NCBI RefSeq assembly: GCF_003334335.1
Contig: NZ_QOWQ01000011.1
Direction: 5' to 3' (one strand)
Origin: Escherichia coli
GTDB lineage: Bacteria; Pseudomonadota; Gammaproteobacteria; Enterobacterales; Enterobacteriaceae
DNA length: 64,000 bases
Positions 23,074 through 40,213 of the stretch are shown here, in pieces (position 1 is the stretch's first letter; each line of letters begins with the position of its first letter). The notes beneath the pieces were generated by a model that did not search any database, was not told where the DNA came from, and saw only the letters and a list, made by a program, of their open reading frames with translations. A program made the translations under genes and the position numbers.

Positions 23074-24199
23074 CTAATCCAGCCGACGTTTGGTTTTCAG
23101 CCACGTCAGGCCGATAAACATCACCGCCGAAGCGATCAAAAACAGCACGTTTACCACCAGCACCACTGGAATATTCCCGGCGAGGAACAGGCTTTGCAGG
23201 GTGCTGACGAAATAACGAGCGGGAATAATGTACGTCACCGCGCGGATCACCGCGGGCATACTGTCGATCTGAAAAATAAAGCCGGAAAGCATAATCGACG
23301 GCAGGAACGCGGCGTTCAGGGCGACCTGAGCGGCATTGAACTGGTTGCGGGTAATCGTGGAAATCAGCAGCCCCATCCCCAGGGTACTGAGTAAAAACAG
23401 GCTGGAGATAAAAAACAGAATAAGCAGCGAACCGCGATACGGCACGCCGAGAATAAACACTGACACCAGCATACACAGCAGCATCGCCAGCATCCCGAGA
23501 AAGTAATAAGGGATCAGCTTACACAGCAGCAGTTCCGTGCGGGTAATCTCCGTAGAGAGCAGAGCCTCCATGGTGCCGCGTTCCCATTCTCGCGCCACCA
23601 CCAGCGAGGTGAGAATCGCGCCGATGACCGTCATGATAATGGTCACCGCACCCGGGATAATAAAGTGCTGGCTTATCGCCGCCGGGTTAAACCAGTAGCG
23701 GGTTTGTACATCAATAAGCGGTTCAAAAGTCTGCCCGTTGTCCTCCGCTCGCTGCATTTGCCAGATCTGCCAGATCCCTTCGACATACCCCTGTACAAAG
23801 TTAGCGGTATTCGGCTCACTGCCGTCGGTGATCACCTGAATCGGTGCGGTGGCGTTGGCGCGCTCCATCTGTTCCGCAAAATCCACCGGAATAACCACCA
23901 GACCGCGAATTTTCCCCGCCTGCATTTTGGCGATCAGTTCCTGACGGTTATCGCTGATGGTGGCGTCGATGTAGGGTGAACCGGTCATGGTGTGGGTGAA
24001 ATCCAGCGCCGCTTCGCTACGCTGTTCCAGTAAAATCCCGACCCGCAGCTTGCTGGAGTCGAGGTTAATGCCGTAACCAAAAATAAACAGCAGTAGCAGC
24101 GGGATCACTACCGCAATCAGCCAGCTACTCGGATCGCGAACGATCTGCCGCGTCTCTTTAACGCACAGCGCCCGTACGCGACGCCAGGACAGGATCGGG

Positions 24200-24207
<8 letters not shown>
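23074..24207 (-). CDS. ybhS: ABC-2 type exporter permease
   Basis: 377 aa, paralogous to ybhR. Confidence 0.92.
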
Positions 24208-27598
<3,391 letters not shown>

Positions 27599-27826
27599 CG
27601 CACAGTCCATTCTTAATCAAATGATTGATTAAGATTATGACTCCATAGGGGAGTTGTCCAGTATGGCTAAGAATTTTAGCAACGCCAGTCACAGGGATAA
27701 TTTATGCGCTGCGTCACAAAAACTGCTACACTCCGCTCCCTCATGACATTGTGGTTTTTGTCATTTTCCTTTTCAGTATCTCCCTGAAAACTACACCGGT
27801 AACGGTCGGGGCGGTTCGGAGTAGTT

Positions 27827-29191
27827 ATGTCTTTCGATTCTTTGGGTTTAAGCCCTGATATCCTGCGCGCCGTTGCCGAGCAGGGTTACCGTGAACCCAC
27901 CCCTATTCAGCAGCAGGCGATCCCTGCGGTGCTGGAAGGCCGCGACCTGATGGCTAGCGCCCAGACCGGCACCGGCAAAACAGCGGGCTTTACGCTGCCG
28001 CTGTTGCAACACCTGATCACTCGCCAGCCGCACGCCAAAGGGCGTCGTCCGGTACGTGCGCTCATTCTTACCCCGACCCGTGAACTGGCGGCGCAGATTG
28101 GCGAAAACGTCCGTGATTACAGCAAATACCTGAACATTCGTTCGCTGGTGGTGTTTGGTGGTGTGAGTATTAACCCGCAGATGATGAAACTGCGTGGCGG
28201 CGTTGATGTGCTGGTGGCAACCCCGGGACGTTTGCTGGACCTGGAACATCAGAATGCAGTGAAGCTGGATCAGGTTGAAATCCTCGTCCTCGATGAAGCT
28301 GACCGCATGCTCGACATGGGCTTTATCCACGATATCCGTCGCGTGTTAACAAAACTACCTGCGAAGCGCCAGAACCTGTTATTCTCCGCGACCTTCTCTG
28401 ACGATATTAAAGCCCTGGCGGAAAAACTGTTGCACAACCCGCTGGAAATCGAAGTGGCACGCCGCAATACCGCGTCTGATCAGGTGACCCAGCACGTTCA
28501 CTTTGTCGATAAGAAACGCAAACGCGAATTGCTGTCGCACATGATTGGGAAAGGGAACTGGCAGCAGGTGCTGGTGTTTACCCGTACCAAACACGGCGCT
28601 AACCATCTGGCTGAACAGCTCAATAAAGATGGCATCCGTAGTGCGGCGATCCACGGCAATAAATCGCAAGGTGCGCGTACTCGTGCGCTGGCTGATTTTA
28701 AATCGGGCGATATTCGTGTACTGGTGGCAACTGACATCGCTGCGCGCGGCCTGGATATTGAAGAGCTGCCGCACGTCGTCAACTATGAACTGCCAAACGT
28801 ACCTGAAGATTATGTCCACCGTATCGGGCGTACCGGTCGTGCGGCTGCTACCGGTGAAGCGTTGTCGCTGGTGTGTGTTGATGAACACAAACTGCTGCGT
28901 GATATCGAAAAACTGCTGAAAAAAGAGATCCCGCGCATTGCGATTCCGGGCTATGAGCCGGACCCGTCAATCAAAGCCGAACCGATCCAGAACGGTCGCC
29001 AGCAACGTGGCGGCGGCGGTCGTGGGCAAGGTGGTGGTCGCGGTCAACAGCAACCACGCCGTGGGGAAGGTGGCGCAAAATCTGCAAGCGCGAAACCTGC
29101 AGAAAAACCGTCTCGCCGCCTCGGCGATGCCAAACCGGCAGGCGAACAACAACGTCGCCGCCGTCCGCGTAAACCTGCCGCTGCGCAGTAA
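27827..29191 (+). CDS. rhlE: ATP-dependent DEAD-box RNA helicase
   Basis: 454 aa with DEAD, SAT and GKT motifs and an RGG-rich basic tail. Confidence 0.95.
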
Positions 29192-29244
29192 TCTTTTATG
29201 CCGGGCTATGCCCGGCATCAGGCTGATGAACAAACGCAAAACTG

Positions 29245-29341
<97 letters not shown>

Positions 29342-29422
29342 ATTTCACAACAAGCACTTGTCAGCAATTTGAGAACACGGGAAAAAATTTATCTGTTTTA
29401 CCGCCCATAAGCCACCGAGACG

Positions 29423-29905
29423 TTACTTCTCTATAGCCAATTGTTCGCGCAACTCCATTAAAAGGTAGCCCAGTCGATTCTTGCCCTTACCATGACCACC
29501 GTCTCCCCAGTAAGCATCGTTTTCCGTATGCTCAACCAGTTTTGCGGGCGCGGTTGCCAGCAAGAGCGCACGCAGTTCTGCATGCTGTTCGAATTTAGCG
29601 CGAAGTGCTTTTCGCATCACCTGTTCTTTGACCGACTCCCAGTTTTTACGCAGAGGCTTAGAACGATCGCGCCCCATGCGTGCGGCGACCATAGGGGAAG
29701 AAACCCGACGGATCTCTTCGCGGTATTTTTCATCAAGGAATTTTTGTGCCTGAAAATAGTGTTCTGAGGTGGGCCAGGTTTTCCCGTCAACCTTGATGGG
29801 CCAGGCGGCAAAGTTAGAAAAATCACCGTAGTCATCGCTGGTGCTGTAGAAATTTATGATGGTGTCTTGCATGACGTGTTGGATCCTTTGTGCTCGAACG
29901 GGCAT
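29423..29905 (-). CDS. ybiA: N-glycosidase YbiA (DUF1768)
   Basis: 160 aa, recognised. Confidence 0.9.
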   Translation of the reverse strand: MPVRAQRIQHVMQDTIINFYSTSDDYGDFSNFAAWPIKVDGKTWPTSEHYFQAQKFLDEKYREEIRRVSSPMVAARMGRDRSKPLRKNWESVKEQVMRKALRAKFEQHAELRALLLATAPAKLVEHTENDAYWGDGGHGKGKNRLGYLLMELREQLAIEK

Positions 29906-29990
29906 TAAACCGCATTATGTTGGTGGTTATTGCGAGCCGCTTTCCAGAAACAGAAAAACCATTACCCCTGAAAACCGAAAAATGCCACAA

Positions 29991-30010
29991 TATTGGCTGT
30001 TTATACAGTA
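29991..30010 (+). promoter_or_regulatory. LexA box of dinG (non-canonical left half-site)
   Basis: TATTGGCTGTTTATACAGTA, 15 bp upstream of the dinG ATG; the right half CAGTA is canonical. Confidence 0.65.
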
Positions 30011-30024
30011 TTTCAGGTTTTCTC

Positions 30025-32175
30025 ATGGCATTAACCGCCGCGCTTAAAGCGCAAATTGCCGCCTGGTATAAGGCGCTTCAGGAACAGATCCCCGACTTTA
30101 TTCCCCGTGCGCCGCAGCGGCAGATGATTGCGGATGTCGCCAAAACGCTGGCCGGAGAAGAAGGGCGACATCTGGCGATTGAAGCCCCCACCGGCGTTGG
30201 GAAAACGCTCTCTTATTTGATTCCCGGCATCGCCATTGCCCGCGAAGAGCAAAAAACGCTGGTGGTGAGTACCGCCAACGTGGCATTGCAGGATCAGATT
30301 TACAGCAAAGATTTACCGCTGCTGAAAAAGATCATTCCCGATCTTAAATTCACTGCCGCTTTTGGGCGTGGGCGCTACGTTTGTCCGCGTAATCTGACGG
30401 CGCTCGCCAGTACTGTACCCACGCAACAGGATCTGCTGGCGTTTCTTGACGACGAACTGACGCCGAACAATCAGGAAGAGCAAAAACGTTGTGCGAAGCT
30501 GAAGGGCGATCTCGATACTTATAAATGGGATGGTCTGCGCGATCATACTGATATCGCTATAGATGACGATCTCTGGCGTCGTTTAAGTACCGACAAAGCC
30601 AGCTGCCTCAACCGCAATTGTTACTACTATCGTGAATGCCCGTTTTTTGTCGCTCGTCGGGAGATTCAGGAAGCGGAAGTGGTGGTGGCAAACCATGCGC
30701 TGGTGATGGCGGCGATGGAAAGCGAAGCGGTATTGCCTGACCCGAAAAATTTACTGCTGGTGCTGGACGAAGGCCATCACCTGCCGGATGTGGCGCGGGA
30801 TGCGCTTGAGATGAGCGCCGAAATCACCGCGCCGTGGTATCGGCTACAGCTGGACTTGTTCACGAAACTGGTCGCTACCTGCATGGAGCAGTTTCGCCCG
30901 AAGACCATCCCACCGCTGGCGATCCCTGAACGTTTGAATGCGCATTGTGAAGAGTTGTATGAGCTTATCGCCTCGTTAAACAACATTCTCAATCTCTACA
31001 TGCCTGCCGGGCAGGAGGCAGAGCACCGTTTTGCGATGGGCGAACTGCCAGATGAAGTGCTGGAGATCTGCCAGCGGCTGGCAAAACTCACCGAGATGCT
31101 GCGTGGCCTGGCGGAGTTATTTCTTAACGATTTAAGTGAGAAAACCGGCAGCCATGACATTGTACGTCTGCATCGGTTGATTTTGCAGATGAACCGCGCG
31201 TTGGGGATGTTCGAGGCGCAAAGCAAACTCTGGCGGCTGGCTTCGCTGGCGCAATCTTCCGGTGCACCGGTGACCAAATGGGCGACGCGGGAAGAGCGCG
31301 AAGGGCAGCTACACCTCTGGTTTCACTGCGTGGGAATACGTGTCAGCGATCAGCTGGAAAGGCTGCTGTGGCGCAGTATTCCGCACATTATTGTCACCTC
31401 CGCAACCTTGCGTTCGCTGAACAGTTTTTCGCGTTTGCAGGAGATGAGTGGTCTGAAAGAGAAAGCGGGCGACCGTTTTGTGGCGCTGGATTCCCCCTTT
31501 AACCACTGCGAACAGGGCAAAATTGTTATTCCCCGGATGCGCGTTGAGCCTTCCATCGACAACGAAGAGCAGCATATTGCCGAAATGGCGGCCTTTTTCC
31601 GTAAGCAGGTGGAGAGCAAAAAACATCTCGGTATGTTGGTACTGTTTGCCAGCGGACGGGCGATGCAGCGCTTTCTCGACTATGTGACGGATTTACGTCT
31701 GATGTTGCTGGTTCAGGGCGATCAGCCGCGTTACCGTTTAGTTGAACTGCACCGCAAACGCGTCGCCAACGGTGAGCGCAGCGTGCTGGTGGGCTTACAG
31801 TCATTTGCCGAAGGGCTTGATTTGAAAGGTGATCTGCTCAGCCAGGTGCATATCCACAAAATCGCTTTTCCGCCCATCGACAGCCCGGTGGTGATCACCG
31901 AAGGGGAATGGCTGAAAAGCCTCAACCGCTATCCGTTTGAGGTGCAAAGCCTGCCGAGCGCCTCGTTTAACCTGATTCAGCAGGTTGGGCGACTGATTCG
32001 AAGCCACGGTTGCTGGGGCGAAGTGGTTATCTACGACAAACGCTTGCTGACCAAAAATTATGGCAAGCGACTACTGGATGCATTACCGGTATTTCCGATA
32101 GAGCAACCGGAAGTCCCTGAAGGTATAGTTAAAAAGAAAGAAAAAACGAAATCCCCACGCCGTCGGCGGCGTTAA
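30025..32175 (+). CDS. dinG: ATP-dependent DNA helicase DinG
   Basis: Start set at MALTAALKAQIAAWYKALQ (716 aa) rather than the ORF-track start 45 codons upstream. Confidence 0.94.
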   Translation: MALTAALKAQIAAWYKALQEQIPDFIPRAPQRQMIADVAKTLAGEEGRHLAIEAPTGVGKTLSYLIPGIAIAREEQKTLVVSTANVALQDQIYSKDLPLLKKIIPDLKFTAAFGRGRYVCPRNLTALASTVPTQQDLLAFLDDELTPNNQEEQKRCAKLKGDLDTYKWDGLRDHTDIAIDDDLWRRLSTDKASCLNRNCYYYRECPFFVARREIQEAEVVVANHALVMAAMESEAVLPDPKNLLLVLDEGHHLPDVARDALEMSAEITAPWYRLQLDLFTKLVATCMEQFRPKTIPPLAIPERLNAHCEELYELIASLNNILNLYMPAGQEAEHRFAMGELPDEVLEICQRLAKLTEMLRGLAELFLNDLSEKTGSHDIVRLHRLILQMNRALGMFEAQSKLWRLASLAQSSGAPVTKWATREEREGQLHLWFHCVGIRVSDQLERLLWRSIPHIIVTSATLRSLNSFSRLQEMSGLKEKAGDRFVALDSPFNHCEQGKIVIPRMRVEPSIDNEEQHIAEMAAFFRKQVESKKHLGMLVLFASGRAMQRFLDYVTDLRLMLLVQGDQPRYRLVELHRKRVANGERSVLVGLQSFAEGLDLKGDLLSQVHIHKIAFPPIDSPVVITEGEWLKSLNRYPFEVQSLPSASFNLIQQVGRLIRSHGCWGEVVIYDKRLLTKNYGKRLLDALPVFPIEQPEVPEGIVKKKEKTKSPRRRRR

Positions 32176-32202
32176 TGATGTGAGTCAGGTAAGGAGTCGT
32201 AA

Positions 32203-33165
<963 letters not shown>

Positions 33166-33171
33166 TTCTTT

Positions 33172-33248
<77 letters not shown>

Positions 33249-33293
33249 ACGCCCGGCGTGCAGCATAAAAATACAACAAACACATAACATAAA

Positions 33294-34391
<1,098 letters not shown>

Positions 34392-34494
34392 AAAAAAGCC
34401 CGTCCAGTGGCGGACGGGCAAACAAGGGTAACATAGGATCAATGAGGGTTAGAGCATATGCGTCTGTCGGCAAACAGACAGGGAAATACTTGTG

Positions 34495-34617
34495 CTGGAC
34501 GTAGCGTAAACGCCTGATCCGTCCAACGGTTCGGATTTTGTAGGCCTGATAAGACGCGGTAGCGTCGCATCAGGCATCTGTTGCCGGATGCGGCGTAAAC
34601 GCCTTATCCGTCCTACG
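34495..34617. repeat. REP cluster between ybiC and ybiJ
   Basis: Several REP palindromes (GTAGGCCTGATAAGACGCGGTAGCGTCGCATCAGGC, CCGGATGCGGCGTAAACGCCTTATCCG). Confidence 0.8.
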
Positions 34618-34619
34618 AA

Positions 34620-34880
34620 TTACTTATAAATTACCGCAGTACCGCTTAATTTATTGTTGTTGGTGGCGGAAGTGATGCTGTATCCACTGGCACCGGCTGC
34701 CGCGGCTTTCTCAGCCAGTTTCGCTTCCAGGGCATCGAGGGTGGATGCGCCATCGGCAGAAACCACGCCGATTTTATTCATGTTCTGTGCCTGGGATGCC
34801 GTTACCGGTTCCGCCGCGAACACGCCAAATGACAGAGTTGAAAGAGCCATAGCAGCAACAACAGTATTGATAGTTTTCAT
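34620..34880 (-). CDS. ybiJ: DUF1471 (YhcN-family) small periplasmic protein
   Basis: 86 aa, signal peptide, C-terminal ...TAVIYK. Confidence 0.9.
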   Translation of the reverse strand: MKTINTVVAAMALSTLSFGVFAAEPVTASQAQNMNKIGVVSADGASTLDALEAKLAEKAAAAGASGYSITSATNNNKLSGTAVIYK

Positions 34881-35144
34881 AATTAATCTCTCGCAGGTGA
34901 TTTTTGTATAAGTGACGTTGTTTCGTCGATGTGATGAGTATCACGTTTTTTTACGAGAGATAAAATCGAAGAGAATTGACCGCCTTGTTCAAATAAATTG
35001 ATTGATATCTAACCTACTGATAAACCATTTATTTGTTGTACTTATGAACTTGTTTTATACCGCGTGGCAGTCACAGCAGCGTTAAAGGCACGGAATGACA
35101 CGCAAAATACAAATTATACTCGCTATGCATCTCGCCAGTTGTAG

Positions 35145-35411
35145 TTAACGTAACTGGCTGTCTTTCGAACCTCTGCGATTATATCCTGTATAAGCTGGTT
35201 TTTGTAAATCTTTCTCCTGCTGACAATGAATACATAAGCGCACGCCAGGAATGGCTTCCCGACGGGCCTGCGGGATGGGGGCACCGCACTCTTCACATTC
35301 ATCCAGGCTTTCGCCGCGCGGAATTTCACCCCGAGCGCGGGCAATCGCATCTTCAATTGTACTGTTGATCTGTTCGTTGACGGCGTCATCGTTAGCCCAA
35401 CCGGATGCCAT
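35145..35411 (-). CDS. ybiI: DksA/TraR-type C4 zinc-finger protein
   Basis: 88 aa with CxxC...CxxC. Confidence 0.85.
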   Translation of the reverse strand: MASGWANDDAVNEQINSTIEDAIARARGEIPRGESLDECEECGAPIPQARREAIPGVRLCIHCQQEKDLQKPAYTGYNRRGSKDSQLR

Positions 35412-35484
35412 ATCGACCTCCCCATATCAATACTTGTACAGTTAAGTGTAGCTAATCCAGGGACGAACTCGGGCAGTTCAAGCA

Positions 35485-36162
35485 TCAGATCTCCGACCAT
35501 TCCCGCAGCAGATTATGATAAAGATTAAGCAGCGACAGGATCTCTTCACTTTCGCCGTAGCGGCTTTTCAGCGACTGAATATTGTTGTCCAGTTCAAACA
35601 GCATGGCGCGCTTTTTATCATCGCGGATCATCGACTGGATCCACATAAATGATGCCACTCGTACGCCGCGGGTTACGGGTGTCACGCAATGCAGGCTGCT
35701 GGAGGGATACAACACGAGATCGCCTGCCGGGAGTTTTACCCGATGTTGTCCGAAGGTGTCATTAACGACCAGTTCGCCGCCGTCGTAGCTTTGTGGATCG
35801 CTTAAAAACAGCGTGGCAGAAAGGTCAGTACGCATCCAGCCGTTTTGTGGATGGCTGCGTACTGCGCCATCCACATGGAAACCATAGGTTTCATTGTTCT
35901 GATAGCGATTAAACAGCGGCGTGGAAAGGGTACGCGGCAAGGCCGCGGCAAAGAATAAAGCATGTTGGTTAACCGCGTTCAGCACCTCATTTTGCAGGGC
36001 GGCGTATAACGTGCTGCGGGTGTCGACCTGTTGATTGTTCTTAACTTGCGCACCTTGTGCGCCGGTGGTGACGCGTCCATCCACCCATTCGGCTTGTTCC
36101 AGTTGTTCGCGAAAACGAGCGACGTCCTGTGGCGATAACACGCCGGGAATGTGGTACATCAT
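35485..36162 (-). CDS. ybiX: PKHD-type Fe(II)/2-oxoglutarate-dependent hydroxylase
   Basis: Start set at [11 protein letters not shown]; lies directly downstream of fiu on the same strand. Confidence 0.88.
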
Positions 36163-36203
36163 ACAATTTCTCCAAAAAGTGGGGCCTGCGCCCCACATCT
36201 GAA

Positions 36204-38486
36204 TCAGAAATGCATATTGGCTGTGAGCAAGAAGGTTCTTGGCTCGCCCGGGTGATAACGGTAGCCGCTCTTGTTGATTGAGGCGACGTAATCGGTATCA
36301 AACAGGTTGTAAACGTTTAGCTGGAAGTCGAGATTGCGATTAACTCGATACCCCAGTTTGGCATCGGCGACCCAGTAACCTTCGGTAAACGCTGGCGTTC
36401 CCACCGCGCCGTCTGAACCTTTATGCATACTGCCGATATAGCGTGCGCCCGCGCCAACAGAGATATCGTCGGTTGCCTGATATTGGCTCCATAAGGTGAA
36501 GGCGTGCTCCGGGGTATACGGCAGCGATGAGGAACCATCCTGGGCAACATCTTTGCCGTTTTTGATGGTTGCTTTTTGCTGGGTATAGCCGCCAATCACC
36601 TGCCACGCGGGAGTGATATTCCCGGCCACGGATATCTCATAGCCTTCGACGCGTTTCTTACCGTATTGCGAGTAAGTTCCGTCATCATTTTGCTCAACTT
36701 CATTTTCGATATCAGTGCGGAACAGCGCGGCGGTGAGCAACAGACGTTTATCCAGAACCTGCCATTTGGTGCCAATCTCGCTGGTGTTGGCTTTTTGCGG
36801 TTTAAAATCGGTGCGGTTGGCACTGTTACCGCTGCCAGACTGCGCAAGGGCGAAGTTGTTGCCGCCCGGAGGCTGCTGGGAAACGGCATAGTTAATATAG
36901 ACATTGCCGTTTTCCGTCAGGTGATACAGCGCCCCGGCTTTCCAGTTCATCAGATTGCCCGACTTGGCGGTGTCGACGGTGGTGACCGGAGAACCTTTTG
37001 CCACACCAGTTGGGCAGGTGATGGCACCGCGTCCGCTGCCGCCGCAGGCGGTGGCACTGTCATATTCAGTATGATAATTATCCAGACGGATCCCGCCGTT
37101 CAGCTCAAAATCACGGGTGATTTGCAGCGTATCAAAGGCGTAAATTGCGAAGGTATCCGTCTGACCATTGGCGTTTGCGCCGTTGCGCGTCAGGCCGCCG
37201 GGATGAATGCTGCTGTCAGGATGATAAATATTTACCGCGGGTAACGTCACCGGATTAACGCCGTAGTTAGTCTGCGTTTCACGGGTAAATTCCACGCCGG
37301 TACTGACATCATGACCGATAGAACCGGTATAGAACGTCGAGGTCAGGTTGGTCTGGTTGGTGAGAATTTTATTACTCACATCTTTGGTATTCGCCGTGCG
37401 TGACCAGGTCCAGCTATTCACATCGCTGGTGGGCTGAGTAATATTCGACGCCCCGCCCATAATCGCCGTCATCAGGTAATCCTGCTTTACGCGCGACCAA
37501 CGGGTAGTATTGCGAATGGTGGTGTTATCGTTGATGTCGTGCTCAAAACGCATGGTGGCGGTGTCGGTGGTCGAATCGTCGTAATCGGAATCCGTGCCGT
37601 AAAAGTTATGAGTATCAACTTTTCCGGAATGATTCAGGGCCGCCGTTCCCGCAGATGGGGCAGAATAGCCCGGCAAACCGATGGTCGGAATGCCGCCGTC
37701 TGGCGTGTTGTGCTGGGTGACATGCAGATAATTAAGATACAAACGATTCGCTGTACCAAGGCCAAAAGCGACAGAAGGGGCGACGCCGTAACGCTCATTT
37801 TTGACTTTGTCGCGTCCGGCATCGTGCGTTTTTTCGCCCATTACATTCAGGCGCACCGCGGTGGTATCACCAATGACCTGATTGACGTCCAGCGTGCCGC
37901 GGCGGAACCAGGCGCTGCCAATACTGGCGGAGGCGTCAATGCCGGAATCATTGCGCGGCTGCTTGCTGATCATATTGATCGAGCCTGTCGGTGCGCTGCG
38001 CCCGTAGTCGGTGCCGGACGGCCCTTTAATCACTTCGACCTGCTCGGTATTGAAGGTGTCGCGCGAGACGCTGCCGATATCGCGAATGCCATCAATATAA
38101 ATACTGTTAGAGGTATCGGCACCACGCATATAAATGGCGTCGCCAGTGGTGGAGTTACCGTTCTCACCCGCAAAAAACGCACCCACGCCGGGGACGTTTT
38201 TGAGCGCGTCGGTAAGGTTGGTTGCGCCCTGATCTTTAATCACTTGTTCAGAAATTACCGTCATCGTGCGGGTAGTATCCGCTACCGGACGCGAGAATTT
38301 CGGATCGGCAGATTGTTGTGGCGCATAAAGCGAAGGCGTTGATGCTTCGACAACCAGCGTGTCATCCGCGTTAGTTTGCCCTTCGGCGGCGAGTGCCTGA
38401 GCCACAGGCGTGATGCCAATACAAAGACCGGCAAAGAACGTGAGCGAATGAAATTGTCTGGCAGGGAAATTGCGATTGTTTTCCAT
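36204..38486 (-). CDS. fiu: TonB-dependent catecholate siderophore receptor
   Basis: 760 aa, signal peptide, C-terminal beta-barrel ending in F. Confidence 0.94.
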
Positions 38487-38590
38487 TTTGCAGGTGACTT
38501 TTTCTTATATGTTGAAATTTTCACTGCCACGAGAAAGCCTCTCTGCGGATGCGATGCCACTGTTAATCCCGTGATAGTGCTCGTGAAAGT

Positions 38591-38617
38591 GATAATAATT
38601 TTGATAAGCATTATCAC
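38591..38617. promoter_or_regulatory. Fur box in the fiu promoter
   Basis: GATAATAATTTTGATAAGCATTATCAC resembles the Fur consensus GATAATGATAATCATTATC. Confidence 0.7.
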
Positions 38618-38750
38618 TTGGAGCGATTTTCTATCACCCATTGCGCGAAAAAGAAATACATTTATTTACATTGAGTTCATATTTGATGTTTTTTGATTAC
38701 AAAACAGACGAAAACTGCATCCAGAGGCGAATGCAGTTACGTTGGTGGGG

Positions 38751-39011
38751 TTATTTGTAGATGGTTGCAGTACCGAACATCTGGTCATTTCCGCCTGCGG
38801 AATTAATGACATAACCTTTCGCGCCTTGTTCGCGCGCTTTTTCTGCCAGTTTATCCTCCAGATCGCTTAGGTTTGATGCGCCAGTTGCCGAAACGGTACC
38901 GGCGGGCCGTAGCTGACCGCTGTCCAGGTTACTCATCGGTTGCGCGGCATAAGCCGTGAGAGAGATTCCGCTCAGGACGGTGGCAATCAGTAGTGTGAGG
39001 CACTTTTTCAT
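38751..39011 (-). CDS. mcbA: DUF1471 (YhcN-family) periplasmic protein McbA
   Basis: Start set at MKKCLTLLIATVLSGISLTAYA (86 aa); C-terminal ...TATIYK. Confidence 0.88.
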   Translation of the reverse strand: MKKCLTLLIATVLSGISLTAYAAQPMSNLDSGQLRPAGTVSATGASNLSDLEDKLAEKAREQGAKGYVINSAGGNDQMFGTATIYK

Positions 39012-39283
39012 AATGACATCCTCATAAATACAACGGGTAGTGCCTGATAAGTGTAGGTCGCCTGCGCGATGCAAATGACGCAAAAAATTGACAGAGATGT
39101 GCTTATTTTTTGAACGATATATTTTTACAAAATAAGACAAATCAATGACATGCATAATGCTGATTTTTATGATGAATTGCCATAAACCATAGCCATGTTA
39201 AGGTTTTGGGGAATGATAAACGCAGCCAGATATTTACCCTGTCGCGTTATGCGGGTATCTTACGCCGCTGCTTAAAGGAGAAT

Positions 39284-40213
39284 GCTATGTCCGCCCAGAA
39301 ACCGGGGTTGCATCCGCGCAACCGTCATCACAGCCGCTACGATCTCGCCACGCTTTGTCAGGTCAATCCTGAACTCAGGCAATTCCTCACGCTTACACCC
39401 GCCGGGGAGCAAAGCGTAGACTTTGCCAATCCGCTGGCGGTGAAGGCGCTCAATAAGGCGTTGCTGGCCCATTTTTACGCCGTAGCGAACTGGGATATCC
39501 CCGACGGTTTTCTCTGCCCACCAGTACCGGGCCGGGCGGATTATATTCATCACCTTGCCGATTTACTGGCAGAAGCAAGCGGAACAATTCCAGCGAATGC
39601 CAGCATTCTGGATATCGGCGTTGGTGCGAACTGTATTTATCCGCTGATTGGCGTACATGAATATGGCTGGCGTTTTACCGGTAGTGAAACCAGCAGCCAG
39701 GCGTTAAGCAGTGCGCAGGCGATTATCAGTTCTAATCCGGGGCTTAACCGCGCCATTCGTCTGCGTCGGCAAAAAGAGAGTGGGGCGATTTTTAACGGCA
39801 TCATCCATAAAAACGAGCAATACGACGCGACCTTGTGTAACCCGCCATTCCACGATTCCGCCGCTGCGGCACGGGCAGGTAGTGAGCGTAAACGCCGTAA
39901 CCTGGGGCTGAACAAAGACGATGCACTGAACTTTGGCGGCCAGCAACAGGAGTTGTGGTGTGAAGGCGGTGAAGTCACCTTTATCAAAAAGATGATTGAA
40001 GAGAGCAAAGGCTTCGCGAAGCAGGTGATGTGGTTTACATCACTGGTATCTCGTGGTGAAAACTTACCGCCGTTGTATCGTGCCCTGACGGACGTGGGCG
40101 CGGTGAAGGTGGTTAAAAAAGAGATGGCCCAGGGGCAAAAGCAGAGTCGCTTTATTGCCTGGACCTTTATGAACGACGAGCAGCGCCGCCGTTTTGTCAA
40201 TCGCCAGCGTTAA
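39284..40213 (+). CDS. rlmF: 23S rRNA m6A1618 methyltransferase
   Basis: Start set at [15 protein letters not shown]; contains the NPPF methyltransferase motif. Confidence 0.9.

Noticed and set aside
27848-28888. Minus-strand ORFs inside rhlE (160, 169 and 94 aa)
   Set aside because: Antisense to a recognised DEAD-box helicase gene; no independent support.
29890-30024. N-terminal extensions of the maximal ORFs (dinG here; likewise bioA, bioC, moaA, moaD, ybhK, dps, mcbA, rlmF, ybiO, ybiX, ybiY, fsaA and others)
   Set aside because: The extended frames run into promoter or operator sequence or into the upstream gene, and the conserved N-termini I recognise begin at internal start codons.
36576-38342. 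Plus-strand ORFs of 222 and 267 aa inside fiu
   Set aside because: Antisense shadow ORFs; the products are low-complexity and Gly/Arg/Ala-rich, and fiu on the minus strand accounts for the region.
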